IMG/VR virus record: IMGVR_UViG_3300018055_000001
Location: 1 to 64,000 of that record
Origin: a virus
DNA: 64,000 nucleotides
Reading direction: 5' to 3' (one strand)
Made by a program: the position numbers and the translations under genes. Under the pieces are notes generated by a model. That model was given only the letters and a program-made list of their open reading frames with translations. It was not told where the DNA came from and made no database searches. The stretch's first letter is position 1. Each line of letters begins with the position of its first letter. Below, one piece after another: positions 24,869 to 31,986 of this stretch.

Positions 24869-24882
24869 AGGGCAGGTGCTAC

Positions 24883-25140
24883 ATGGCAGACAAAGAGATC
24901 TTGGCGGCATGGATAGCTGACGTTCAGAAGAGTCCCAGCGACGCTGGGAGAATTGCAATCGTAATTGCTACAGGGAATTCCACGGTGGCAGATGCGGTGG
25001 CGTCAATTCGAGATTGTGCCCGCTTGCGGGCCAGGTGTGTGCGGCCGTCATCTCCTCAAACAGCACTTCCTGAGTCGTTGTTGGTGTTGGCCGCAGATTT
25101 GGAGCGCAAGCTGCCGAACGTTCCCAACCCTTTGGCCTAG
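24883..25140 (+). CDS. Hypothetical protein
   Basis: 85-aa ORF. Confidence 0.5.
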   Translation: MADKEILAAWIADVQKSPSDAGRIAIVIATGNSTVADAVASIRDCARLRARCVRPSSPQTALPESLLVLAADLERKLPNVPNPLA

Positions 25141-25189
25141 CTCGGTATGCGGTAAAACTCGTGGTAGGATTGTTTCGTAGGAGTCTGAG

Positions 25190-25696
25190 ATGCCTGTTTT
25201 TCGAAGTAGCTTGGTTGTGATTGGATCCATCGACCAGCAGGCAGGTCCAACGGGGTCTCTGTGCCAGTTCAATGGTGGTTTGGTTGTCACCGATTTGATG
25301 CAGGTCGGTACGGGTTTCGACACTCATTTTTACGAGTATGGAACTCGCTACGCAGATGGCCCACGTGGCCCAGCGTATGTTGACCCCCTTCGCAATCAAG
25401 ATGTAGTTGGGCCTGGTTCCTTTTCATTGGACGACCACGATGTGGCTGATGTCTACATCATCGGTGATCCAGCTCCCACCTATCTTTACCTTGGTGCGAC
25501 AGCTACTTGGGCAGGACACATGATTTGGGTCATAAACTACTCAAGTGGTGGCACAACCATCGCCACCACGAATTTTTCCTACGGGCAAACTCTCTTGAAC
25601 GAGACGGTCATCTTCTTAGGTGGTGGTGGAGAGTCTTGGACCAAAGTCGGTCGTTTCTTGAATGACTACGGAGATCCATACCTGACCGGTACGTGA
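25190..25696 (+). CDS. Hypothetical beta-rich protein
   Basis: TAGGAG SD 6 nt before ATG 25190. Confidence 0.6.
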   Translation: MPVFRSSLVVIGSIDQQAGPTGSLCQFNGGLVVTDLMQVGTGFDTHFYEYGTRYADGPRGPAYVDPLRNQDVVGPGSFSLDDHDVADVYIIGDPAPTYLYLGATATWAGHMIWVINYSSGGTTIATTNFSYGQTLLNETVIFLGGGGESWTKVGRFLNDYGDPYLTGT

Positions 25697-25702
25697 TGCT
25701 AA

Positions 25703-25711
25703 TGCTATTCT
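25703..25711 (+). promoter_or_regulatory. Class-1 extended -10 box TGCTATTCT
   Basis: 9 nt upstream of ATG 25721; preceded by a second TGCTAATGC. Confidence 0.45.
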
Positions 25712-25720
25712 GGTCGCATC

Positions 25721-26311
25721 ATGAGTGATTTGGAATTAGCACAGGCGGTTGCGGACAAGACAGCGGAGCGCTTAGCTCAATTTTGGACAGAAAAACTCGA
25801 TGCTCTGCGTTACCAGTGGCAGGAGGATCTGGGGCGTCTTCGTGATGATTTGACTGTCAAGGGACTCATCCAGGGGGAAGGCTGTGGCATTGATTGTCCG
25901 CTGCGAAAACGGGTGACCACCAAGCTCGAAGGGGCCACTGTCCTGGTGGTTGATGACTACACTGAGATTCGAATGGTGCTTGTACGAATACTCGAGGATG
26001 CCGGCATAACTGCCGTCGGAGTGGCCAGCAGTGCCGAAGCTTTAGAGGCTTTGTCCAGCTCAGCAGACTTTGACGTGGTGATGGCTGATGCAGTGATGCC
26101 CAACAATGGGCATACACTCCTTGAGTTTGTGCGCAAACGCTACCCCACCGTCGAGGTAATCATGATCAGCGGGTACGAGAGCGGGGCTGCCAAGGCGCGC
26201 GAGCTCGGTGCGTTTTGCTTCTTGGCCAAGCCTTTCTCCGCCGGTCAGGCGGTAATGCTCATTGAGCGTGCGGTGGAACACCGCCGCATGAAACTGGCAG
26301 CAAGACGCTAA
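25721..26311 (+). CDS. Stand-alone response-regulator receiver (CheY-like REC) with ~70-aa helical N-terminal extension
   Basis: LVVDDY, phospho-acceptor context DVVMADAVMP, VIMISGY, conserved Lys LAKPF. Confidence 0.8.
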   Translation: MSDLELAQAVADKTAERLAQFWTEKLDALRYQWQEDLGRLRDDLTVKGLIQGEGCGIDCPLRKRVTTKLEGATVLVVDDYTEIRMVLVRILEDAGITAVGVASSAEALEALSSSADFDVVMADAVMPNNGHTLLEFVRKRYPTVEVIMISGYESGAAKARELGAFCFLAKPFSAGQAVMLIERAVEHRRMKLAARR

Positions 26312-26341
26312 AGAAACGGCCGCAGGCGCCGTCTCGATAAT

Positions 26342-26575
26342 TCACGTGTCCGAGTATGCCACGCTGGTCATCTTGCAGAGGGAAGACCGAAAATACAGTT
26401 CTCTGACTCCGTCTAGTATCAGGGAAGTCTTGGACACTCCCGTTCTAGTGAACGTGGACGGATCGATTTGCCTGCAGTGTGCCCCACCTTCTCTGCTGAA
26501 GAGAGGGCATTCCCATGAGCAATGCTTGTCGTCATCGATTCGCGCTGTGGCAAGTACTACTAGTGTTCTTGGCAT
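26342..26575 (-). CDS. Hypothetical small Cys-containing protein
   Basis: Internal ATG 26575, 2 nt after upstream stop. Confidence 0.45.
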   Translation of the reverse strand: MPRTLVVLATARIDDDKHCSWECPLFSREGGAHCRQIDPSTFTRTGVSKTSLILDGVRELYFRSSLCKMTSVAYSDT

Positions 26576-26577
26576 CG

Positions 26578-26979
26578 TTAGCTCGCTAGATTGACTGCGT
26601 TGTCTTTGTGCTGTGGTAGTCCGTAGAGATACCGGTATTTGAGTGGCTTGGACAGGGAATCTTTTGCTCCGAACCATTCGAGCTTCTTCTCCTGAACCAG
26701 CTGGAAGAGCTCATCGATGACGCGCTCCATGGTCCACGTGCCTTCGTATTTGCAGATGTAGCTGGTGATTGTAGTTTCGAGTCTCCATTGCTTGTTGAAC
26801 ACAAATTGAAGGATCTTCTTCTGCACCTCGTGCCAGCAATCCACGCAACCAGGGGCGCATTGGTCGCTTTTGCCCATGACCATGGTGTGCCCTTGGCTGA
26901 AGTCCTTCCATTTCCTGCAGCGCAGGCATTTGAAGCGTGCGCTAATGGTGGATGATTCCATAAGTTTCTTGGTAGGCAT
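26578..26979 (-). CDS. Hypothetical Cys-rich protein
   Basis: CLRC...CAPGCVDC; 133-aa ORF. Confidence 0.5.
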   Translation of the reverse strand: MPTKKLMESSTISARFKCLRCRKWKDFSQGHTMVMGKSDQCAPGCVDCWHEVQKKILQFVFNKQWRLETTITSYICKYEGTWTMERVIDELFQLVQEKKLEWFGAKDSLSKPLKYRYLYGLPQHKDNAVNLAS

Positions 26980-27271
26980 CGAATGCTCTCCGTAGCACGT
27001 TGCACACGAGGAATGAGGTCAGGAAGAGTATCAACCCTAGAAGTACGGTGGACTTCTTGAAACGTGGAGGATTGGACTTTGGAGGGATGATTGTGTTGAA
27101 CTTGGGCTGTCCCAGCTCAGCCGCGAATGCGTCGTCGCTGCAGGTGTAGCCGTCGCTCAAGCTGCCGGTGCCTACTCGGTGATTCCCGCACACCCATTGG
27201 CCACAGTATGGGCATTGAGCCAGGCCCTCTGTGGTATCACATTCCTTGCACTTGTGCTTCTGCTGAAACAT
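26942..27271 (-). CDS. Zinc-ribbon protein with C-terminal TM segment
   Basis: GAGGAA SD before ATG 27271; CKEC...CPYCGQWVC; TM VLLGLILFLTSFLVCNVL. Confidence 0.55.
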   Translation of the reverse strand: MFQQKHKCKECDTTEGLAQCPYCGQWVCGNHRVGTGSLSDGYTCSDDAFAAELGQPKFNTIIPPKSNPPRFKKSTVLLGLILFLTSFLVCNVLRRAFDAYQETYGIIHH

Positions 27272-27306
27272 AGGGTTGTTCCTCGCTTCCCACGCGATGA
27301 GGCAGA

Positions 27307-27798
27307 TCACGTGTCCCCCAGAGGGTTGGATTCTTTGTCTGCCAGCCACAGCAGGGCGTCTTGGGCACTAGTAGCAGCCTTTTCCGCTGTGTAGTTGCCA
27401 TTGGCTATCTTGCCCAATACCGTGCGCAGATATCGTAATCGGAAGGTCAATTTGTTGACGACCGCAGTTTGGCCCTCAACAATGGCAGCCACATCGTCCA
27501 GTTGACCGATGATGGAATTCAGGCGTTCTACGATGCTTACGCTTGTCTCCAGGTTGGGGTAAAGGACACGTTCTACCAATGTATCTTCGGCGCCGCCATC
27601 GTCGCGCTGCAGGCGCCCATCTGCTTCGAAACGGGCTATGACATTGTCTGGGATACGGATGCAATGGTAGAACTCGTCGTAGTATTGAAAGCAGCACCAA
27701 ATGCTCCTATTGGCTGCCTTGTAGAAATGCCCTATTTGCATGTGCACGCGCACAGCGGGCTGCAAGTTGGTCTCGGTGATTTCTGGTAGTATTACCAT
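27307..27798 (-). CDS. Hypothetical protein
   Basis: Internal ATG 27798 preceded by AAAGGAA. Confidence 0.55.
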   Translation of the reverse strand: MVILPEITETNLQPAVRVHMQIGHFYKAANRSIWCCFQYYDEFYHCIRIPDNVIARFEADGRLQRDDGGAEDTLVERVLYPNLETSVSIVERLNSIIGQLDDVAAIVEGQTAVVNKLTFRLRYLRTVLGKIANGNYTAEKAATSAQDALLWLADKESNPLGDT

Positions 27799-27825
27799 GT
27801 AGTTCCTTTCTTCTTGGCCGTGGTG

Positions 27826-27831
27826 TAAGCT
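27826..27831 (+). promoter_or_regulatory. -10-like box TAAGCT
   Basis: 9 nt upstream of ATG 27841, no SD. Confidence 0.35.
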
Positions 27832-27840
27832 TGAGTCCCT

Positions 27841-28107
27841 ATGGCAATAGCTGCAGAATTTATGCGTGACGAACTCCAGAAGCTTGGCGCTGCTGGATCC
27901 CTTGGAAACTTCTGGGAAGGTGCCAAGCATGAGCTCGGCCCAGCACTGGGCGCTGTGGGCGGAGCTGGTGTCGCCAAGATGGTTGGTGTAGATCCACTGG
28001 CAGGGGCTGCTGCCGGCTACGGCTTAGGCGCAACCGGCGACATCGTCAAAGCTATCAAAGAGAAGCGTCTAGCGAGTAAGCTCTCTCGCGCCCCTGCCGT
28101 CGTTTGA
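27841..28107 (+). CDS. Gly/Ala-rich (glycine-zipper-like) small protein
   Basis: GPALGAVGGAGVAKMVGVDPLAGAAAGYGLGATG. Confidence 0.5.
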   Translation: MAIAAEFMRDELQKLGAAGSLGNFWEGAKHELGPALGAVGGAGVAKMVGVDPLAGAAAGYGLGATGDIVKAIKEKRLASKLSRAPAVV

Positions 28108-28755
28108 CGTGCTTGATGGTTGATACCCCGGTGGGCGTTTACATATCATGTTGTGCTCACCCCAATCCCCTTCTCTGTAGGGGATCTTGTTGTCGGTGAT
28201 TAGTAGCACGAACGCCATCTGCATAGTTTCGTTGATGAAGGCTGGGCTCATGCACAGTCCAATACCCATGCAGTTTCTGTACAGGGACCGCAGGTTCAAG
28301 CGCTCTGGGTCTCGTACGATTGACATGGTTCTTTTCCAGTCTGTGCCCCTGTCCCAAACATGGGCCTCTGAGCAAGCCCCCAGACTTGGGTCTTGCTCAG
28401 GTCGAACCCATATGTATTCCCCCCAACGTCGCCATTGCACGTAGGACACCCAGGAGCCACAGTGCAGCTCTTCTATGTGCCTGGTCTGCAGATCTGAGTG
28501 GAAGTCGAGATTCACCAGGCGTTGCACGTGTGTGCGATTCACGTTCCATAGCAGCTGCTGATGATTCATCACCGCGGTGATCGGGATGTCCCGTGGCCTG
28601 TCGATGAGGAACTTGCCCAATTCCCACACAAACTTCGGGACGGTGGAGTTCGTCCAGTAGTCGGTGTCAATGGACAAGTAGTACGGCTTGCCTGTGAGGG
28701 AAAAGCTCAAGGTTTTTTCTTTCCGGGGAATTGAAGACCCACGCATGTTTCGCAC
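28069..28755 (-). CDS. Hypothetical protein with DxHxD motif (possible arginase/deacetylase-fold, UPF0489-like)
   Basis: YYLSIDTDYW and LVNLDFHSDL; assignment by motif memory only. Confidence 0.3.
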   Translation of the reverse strand: MRNMRGSSIPRKEKTLSFSLTGKPYYLSIDTDYWTNSTVPKFVWELGKFLIDRPRDIPITAVMNHQQLLWNVNRTHVQRLVNLDFHSDLQTRHIEELHCGSWVSYVQWRRWGEYIWVRPEQDPSLGACSEAHVWDRGTDWKRTMSIVRDPERLNLRSLYRNCMGIGLCMSPAFINETMQMAFVLLITDNKIPYREGDWGEHNMICKRPPGYQPSSTSNDGRGARELTR

Positions 28756-28973
28756 ATTGGGAAGTTGCCTTCATCCGATATCGGGCTTGCATGTAGCCTG
28801 ACATCCTCGCAGCATTGCGTGTCTGCTGCGCGACCTTCCCTGATCTCGAGTACGAGATGCCATTTGCCATCGTCGCACTTCAAATACCGCCTGCCTTTCC
28901 AACCGGGGATGAACGCTCCATCGAATGGTAGTGGCATTTGCTTCATCTTGGTGACTGGAGTTCTGGTGTTCAT
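28707..28973 (-). CDS. Hypothetical Cys-containing protein
   Basis: ATGA overlap with upstream stop. Confidence 0.45.
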   Translation of the reverse strand: MNTRTPVTKMKQMPLPFDGAFIPGWKGRRYLKCDDGKWHLVLEIREGRAADTQCCEDVRLHASPISDEGNFPMCETCVGLQFPGKKKP

Positions 28974-29143
28974 TCTTTGCCTAGCGCTCTTGCGAATGGC
29001 CTGTTCTCAAAGGTGCTTGGGGGCGGAGGTGCCGACCTCGCCTCTGGTATGTACCTAGTTTTGTCCTTGGGTACTACCTGTTTGCCGGCTGCCGCCGACT
29101 CTGCCTGCTTTTGCGCTAAAGTCTTCCTCTTGGGGCGTTTCAT
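28970..29143 (-). CDS. Small basic protein
   Basis: MKRPKRKTLAQKQAES...; ATG 29143 is 2 nt after upstream stop. Confidence 0.45.
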   Translation of the reverse strand: MKRPKRKTLAQKQAESAAAGKQVVPKDKTRYIPEARSAPPPPSTFENRPFARALGKE

Positions 29144-29145
29144 GA

Positions 29146-29388
29146 CTAGTAGAATCTCCTGTCCGGAGAGAAGCCAATCTTTCGGCAAAAGTTCTCGTTG
29201 TCCCGGCACTGGTCGTTGCACTTGAGGTGATCGGCTGACCCCACTTTGTTGTTGGCACTGCAGAAGGATTCGCAGCGCGTGCGCTTGGTGCGGCATAGGT
29301 TGTCCGTGTTGTCAGCGTGCGCGGGTGTGGCGAGGGCGATGAGTATGGACAATACAAGTAGTGCTGGGTATTGGTTGTTTTTCGACAT
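29146..29388 (-). CDS. Secreted Cys-rich mini-protein
   Basis: Signal peptide MSKNNQYPALLVLSILIALATPAHA; mature ~55 aa with 6 Cys; AAGGAGAA SD. Confidence 0.65.
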   Translation of the reverse strand: MSKNNQYPALLVLSILIALATPAHADNTDNLCRTKRTRCESFCSANNKVGSADHLKCNDQCRDNENFCRKIGFSPDRRFY

Positions 29389-29734
29389 TTGTGTTCTCCT
29401 TGGTTCGTAGATGGTCTGGTCTTTCGATGTTCAAGTAGTCCCCCAATTGAAGCATCAATCTCATTGGGAGCTGCCCTGTACCCAGGGAGTTCACCAAGCG
29501 CATAACCTGCCTGGAGTACAGCATTTCGGCGTAGCCGTCGAACGTGTACAACTCGTCATGGGAAGATCTGGGCACTTTTAGAGTCGCGTCAAACTCTGTC
29601 TGTAGCCCATTCACTGAGATGTACTTGCGGCCAAGCTTTGTAATGACCGTGTTCAAGAACTTCGGCGCGCCTTGGTTTGCGTGGGGGAAATGCACCGTGA
29701 CGCGTTGTCCGAGTTTCCAATCTTTGATGCTCAT
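29312..29734 (-). CDS. Hypothetical protein, paralog of 29731-29952 (3' end doubtful)
   Basis: MSIKDWKLGQRVTVHFPH...; reads through the SD and start of the next gene (77-nt overlap). Confidence 0.45.
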   Translation of the reverse strand: MSIKDWKLGQRVTVHFPHANQGAPKFLNTVITKLGRKYISVNGLQTEFDATLKVPRSSHDELYTFDGYAEMLYSRQVMRLVNSLGTGQLPMRLMLQLGDYLNIERPDHLRTKENTNVEKQPIPSTTCIVHTHRPRHTRAR

Positions 29735-29952
29735 GCGGTTTTTCCGTTCCTGGTGTGCAGAGTGTATATGGCCTTGGTGATTTGACCCACCCATGTCGGG
29801 GGGTCTTCGTCGGCGTTGAACTTGGTAGTGTATTGGCCCATTTGTACTGATACGAATCGTCTTCCAACGGCCACTACCTTGGCGTGCTCTTGAGCGCCGC
29901 CCGGGTGGCGAATTGTTACCAGCTGTCCAGACTCCCAGTCTTTGGCGCTCAT
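29731..29952 (-). CDS. Hypothetical small protein, paralog of 29312-29734
   Basis: MSAKDWESGQLVTIRHPG...; ATGA overlaps on both sides. Confidence 0.55.
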   Translation of the reverse strand: MSAKDWESGQLVTIRHPGGAQEHAKVVAVGRRFVSVQMGQYTTKFNADEDPPTWVGQITKAIYTLHTRNGKTA

Positions 29953-30515
29953 GTACTTTTCCTTTGCTTGATTTGGTCTACCAGGTCGGCTACCTCGTGA
30001 AAGTAGACGGGCCCATAGCCCCATGCATCAACACCGACGTTGATTTGGTTGCCGTTCACTGGGGTTTTGGTGTGGTTGTGCCCATGGATGAGAATCTCCC
30101 CTGGCTGCTTGCGCGGGCGCAAGTGAGCAAACTTGTCGGGTTTTTCGTAGATGGGCGTCGGCTTGTAGGGGTAATGGTTCACCCTGCAGATGACGCCACG
30201 GATCTCGAGAACCGCCTCCTGGAGAACCAGAGCGAATCCCATCCTGGCCATTGCGGGCATTGAGTTGTCGTGGTTGCCCACGAGTAACAGCTTGGTGCCG
30301 GCCATCTCAGACAGTACGTTGGCGTAGCCGCTGGAGTCTCCTTTGAAGAAGCAATCTCCCAGCCACAGCACCACATCGTCGTGGCTGATTCTGTCGTTGT
30401 ACCGTTTCACTAGTTCTCGATTCATCTCGTTTACGTCGGCAAATGGCCGCTCGCAGTACTTGATGGTGTTGGCGTGCCCTATGTGAGGGTCGCTGTAGAA
30501 CGCGCTGATTGTCAT
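29949..30515 (-). CDS. Metallophosphoesterase (calcineurin-like)
   Basis: DPHIGH, GDCF, GNHD, HGHNH motifs in canonical order. Confidence 0.85.
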   Translation of the reverse strand: MTISAFYSDPHIGHANTIKYCERPFADVNEMNRELVKRYNDRISHDDVVLWLGDCFFKGDSSGYANVLSEMAGTKLLLVGNHDNSMPAMARMGFALVLQEAVLEIRGVICRVNHYPYKPTPIYEKPDKFAHLRPRKQPGEILIHGHNHTKTPVNGNQINVGVDAWGYGPVYFHEVADLVDQIKQRKST

Positions 30516-30733
30516 TCATCCTCCTCGAACTCGCCAGCGACGGATCCGTCGGGACGCTCCTTGTAGCGCACACCTGTCTCTTGATCGAGGAGTGGAAAGC
30601 CTGTGCGTCCCAAGTCCCCATCTCTGGATAAGTGCGCGATGTGATACATCTCTGCGGCCACAGCCTTGTGCTCCGCAGCCTCGTAGGCCAGATCTTGCCT
30701 AGCAAGCAGCATCAAGTCAGTTGTGATCGTCAA
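30512..30733 (-). CDS. Hypothetical small acidic protein
   Basis: AGGAGG SD 4 nt before in-frame TTG 30733; alt ATG 30712. Confidence 0.45.
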   Translation of the reverse strand: MTITTDLMLLARQDLAYEAAEHKAVAAEMYHIAHLSRDGDLGRTGFPLLDQETGVRYKERPDGSVAGEFEEDE

Positions 30734-30741
30734 TTGACCTC

Positions 30742-31008
30742 CTATCTTGGGCGTTTGAGTGTCATGACGTAATCTCCTGGTGGGATACGCCCTGGTATGT
30801 ACGCCCAACGTCTGGTGCTTCGTTTACTTTGACGAACTTCAATAACCTCCCTGTACTCACGCAGGTACTGCTCCTGTGTCACGAATACGTTGATGTTTAC
30901 TTGTTTTCCAGAAAGCACTGCAACCGCTACGGTCTTTGCGTCAGCCGCAAGCTTCCGCAGCCATGGCAGGTTCTCCTTGAACCTGACCCAGCTAATTGTA
31001 ATTCTCAT
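30742..31008 (-). CDS. Hypothetical protein
   Basis: 88-aa ORF. Confidence 0.5.
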   Translation of the reverse strand: MRITISWVRFKENLPWLRKLAADAKTVAVAVLSGKQVNINVFVTQEQYLREYREVIEVRQSKRSTRRWAYIPGRIPPGDYVMTLKRPR

Positions 31009-31111
31009 AGCTCTTTTTCGATGTCTCTTCGTCGTCTACGCAGCGATATGTGCAATAGCCGCACACGAACAACGCGACTATCAGCATTGAGATGAAATCT
31101 CCTGGCTTCAT
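30992..31111 (-). CDS. 39-aa membrane peptide
   Basis: Own translation MKPGDFISMLIVALFVCGYCTYRCVDDEETSKKSYENYN*; AGGAGGAG upstream. Confidence 0.35.
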   Translation of the reverse strand: MKPGDFISMLIVALFVCGYCTYRCVDDEETSKKSYENYN

Positions 31112-31134
31112 TGAGACATTTCTCCTCCTGTGTC

Positions 31135-31151
31135 TCTTATCCCTGAGAATG
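31135..31151 (-). promoter_or_regulatory. Class-2 promoter-like motif (minus strand CATTCTCAGGGATAAGA)
   Basis: Followed by GACAC-AGGAGGAG and the 31111 start; heads the long minus-strand operon. Confidence 0.5.
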
Positions 31152-31170
31152 TGCAGGGCTTGCCAATGGG

Positions 31171-31179
31171 TGCTACATT
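31171..31179 (+). promoter_or_regulatory. Class-1 extended -10 box TGCTACATT
   Basis: 6 nt upstream of ATG 31186. Confidence 0.55.
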
Positions 31180-31185
31180 TCCCTT

Positions 31186-31446
31186 ATGTCTGGAAAGGTC
31201 GTTGAATTTCCTCGCAAACTCGAATGGCAGCATGTGGAGTGCTGGTACGGCCGTGTGAAGGGGACTCAGCTGCATGCCAAGGTTGAGGGCAACCTCGAGG
31301 GTACAGGCTACAATTGGGCAATCTGGAATGGACCTATGCTGCTCGCAGCGGGCAGCGAGGTAGACAAGGAGGTAGCGATGGCGGCGGCCAAGACGGCGCT
31401 AGAAAATGGAGTTGTAGTGCTACGTCCCATTCAGCCTGCTGGATGA
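31186..31446 (+). CDS. Hypothetical protein
   Basis: 86-aa ORF. Confidence 0.55.
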   Translation: MSGKVVEFPRKLEWQHVECWYGRVKGTQLHAKVEGNLEGTGYNWAIWNGPMLLAAGSEVDKEVAMAAAKTALENGVVVLRPIQPAG

Positions 31447-31476
31447 GGCTCGAGTTCGATACTCGGAATTCCACCG

Positions 31477-31520
31477 ACGGAGGGGACGTGTTCTAAGAGA
31501 CGCCTCCTCCGTTCCTTTTC
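31477..31520 (+). terminator. Hairpin plus T-rich tract
   Basis: ACGGAGG...CCTCCGT followed by TCCTTTTC. Confidence 0.5.
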
Positions 31521-31565
31521 GAGGGGCTAAAGAGAAAGCAAGGGCAACACCCCTTTACTTCCTCA

Positions 31566-31612
31566 CAACGCAAGCCACGCGCAAAGGGGGAATTGCGTGG
31601 TCCCTCGCGTTG
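31566..31612 (-). terminator. Nested hairpin abutting the stop of the 31613-31912 gene
   Basis: CAACGC/GCGTTG (31566-71/31607-12) enclosing CCACGC/GCGTGG (31575-80/31595-600). Confidence 0.45.
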
Positions 31613-31912
31613 CTAACCTCGTGGTCGCGCCACCGATTGAGGAGAATCGTTCATATCAGTGGCTCTTATCGTCGTTGGGGCTGGGGGATCTGCGCCCTGT
31701 GCCCCAAGAGCCTGCAATAGACCTTCGTACAGCGACGCGCTGATAGCTACCATCTCGTTGGTTGCTTCGAAGCAAAGTTCAAGCTGCTCTGTGTCTTTGA
31801 TGAGATTTACTTTCCCTAGCACAATCATCAGGTGCTCAATTGTCCTGCGAAGATTGGCTTTGATGTCTTCAGGGGTGTGGTGGTCCTTGGTCTCGTATGT
31901 AGCCTCGCACAT
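31613..31912 (-). CDS. Hypothetical protein
   Basis: 99-aa ORF; GAAGGAGG SD. Confidence 0.6.
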   Translation of the reverse strand: MCEATYETKDHHTPEDIKANLRRTIEHLMIVLGKVNLIKDTEQLELCFEATNEMVAISASLYEGLLQALGAQGADPPAPTTIRATDMNDSPQSVARPRG

Positions 31913-31930
31913 GTTGTGCCTCCTTCATAG

Positions 31931-31948
31931 TTCTTATCCCCGGATTTC
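31931..31948 (-). promoter_or_regulatory. Class-2 promoter-like motif (minus strand GAGAAATCCGGGGATAAGA)
   Basis: Followed by ACTAT-GAAGGAGG-cacaac-ATG 31912. Confidence 0.5.
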
Positions 31949-31986
31949 TCGAAGTTTGATGTACCAGTGCTTGCACCTTCGCATCG

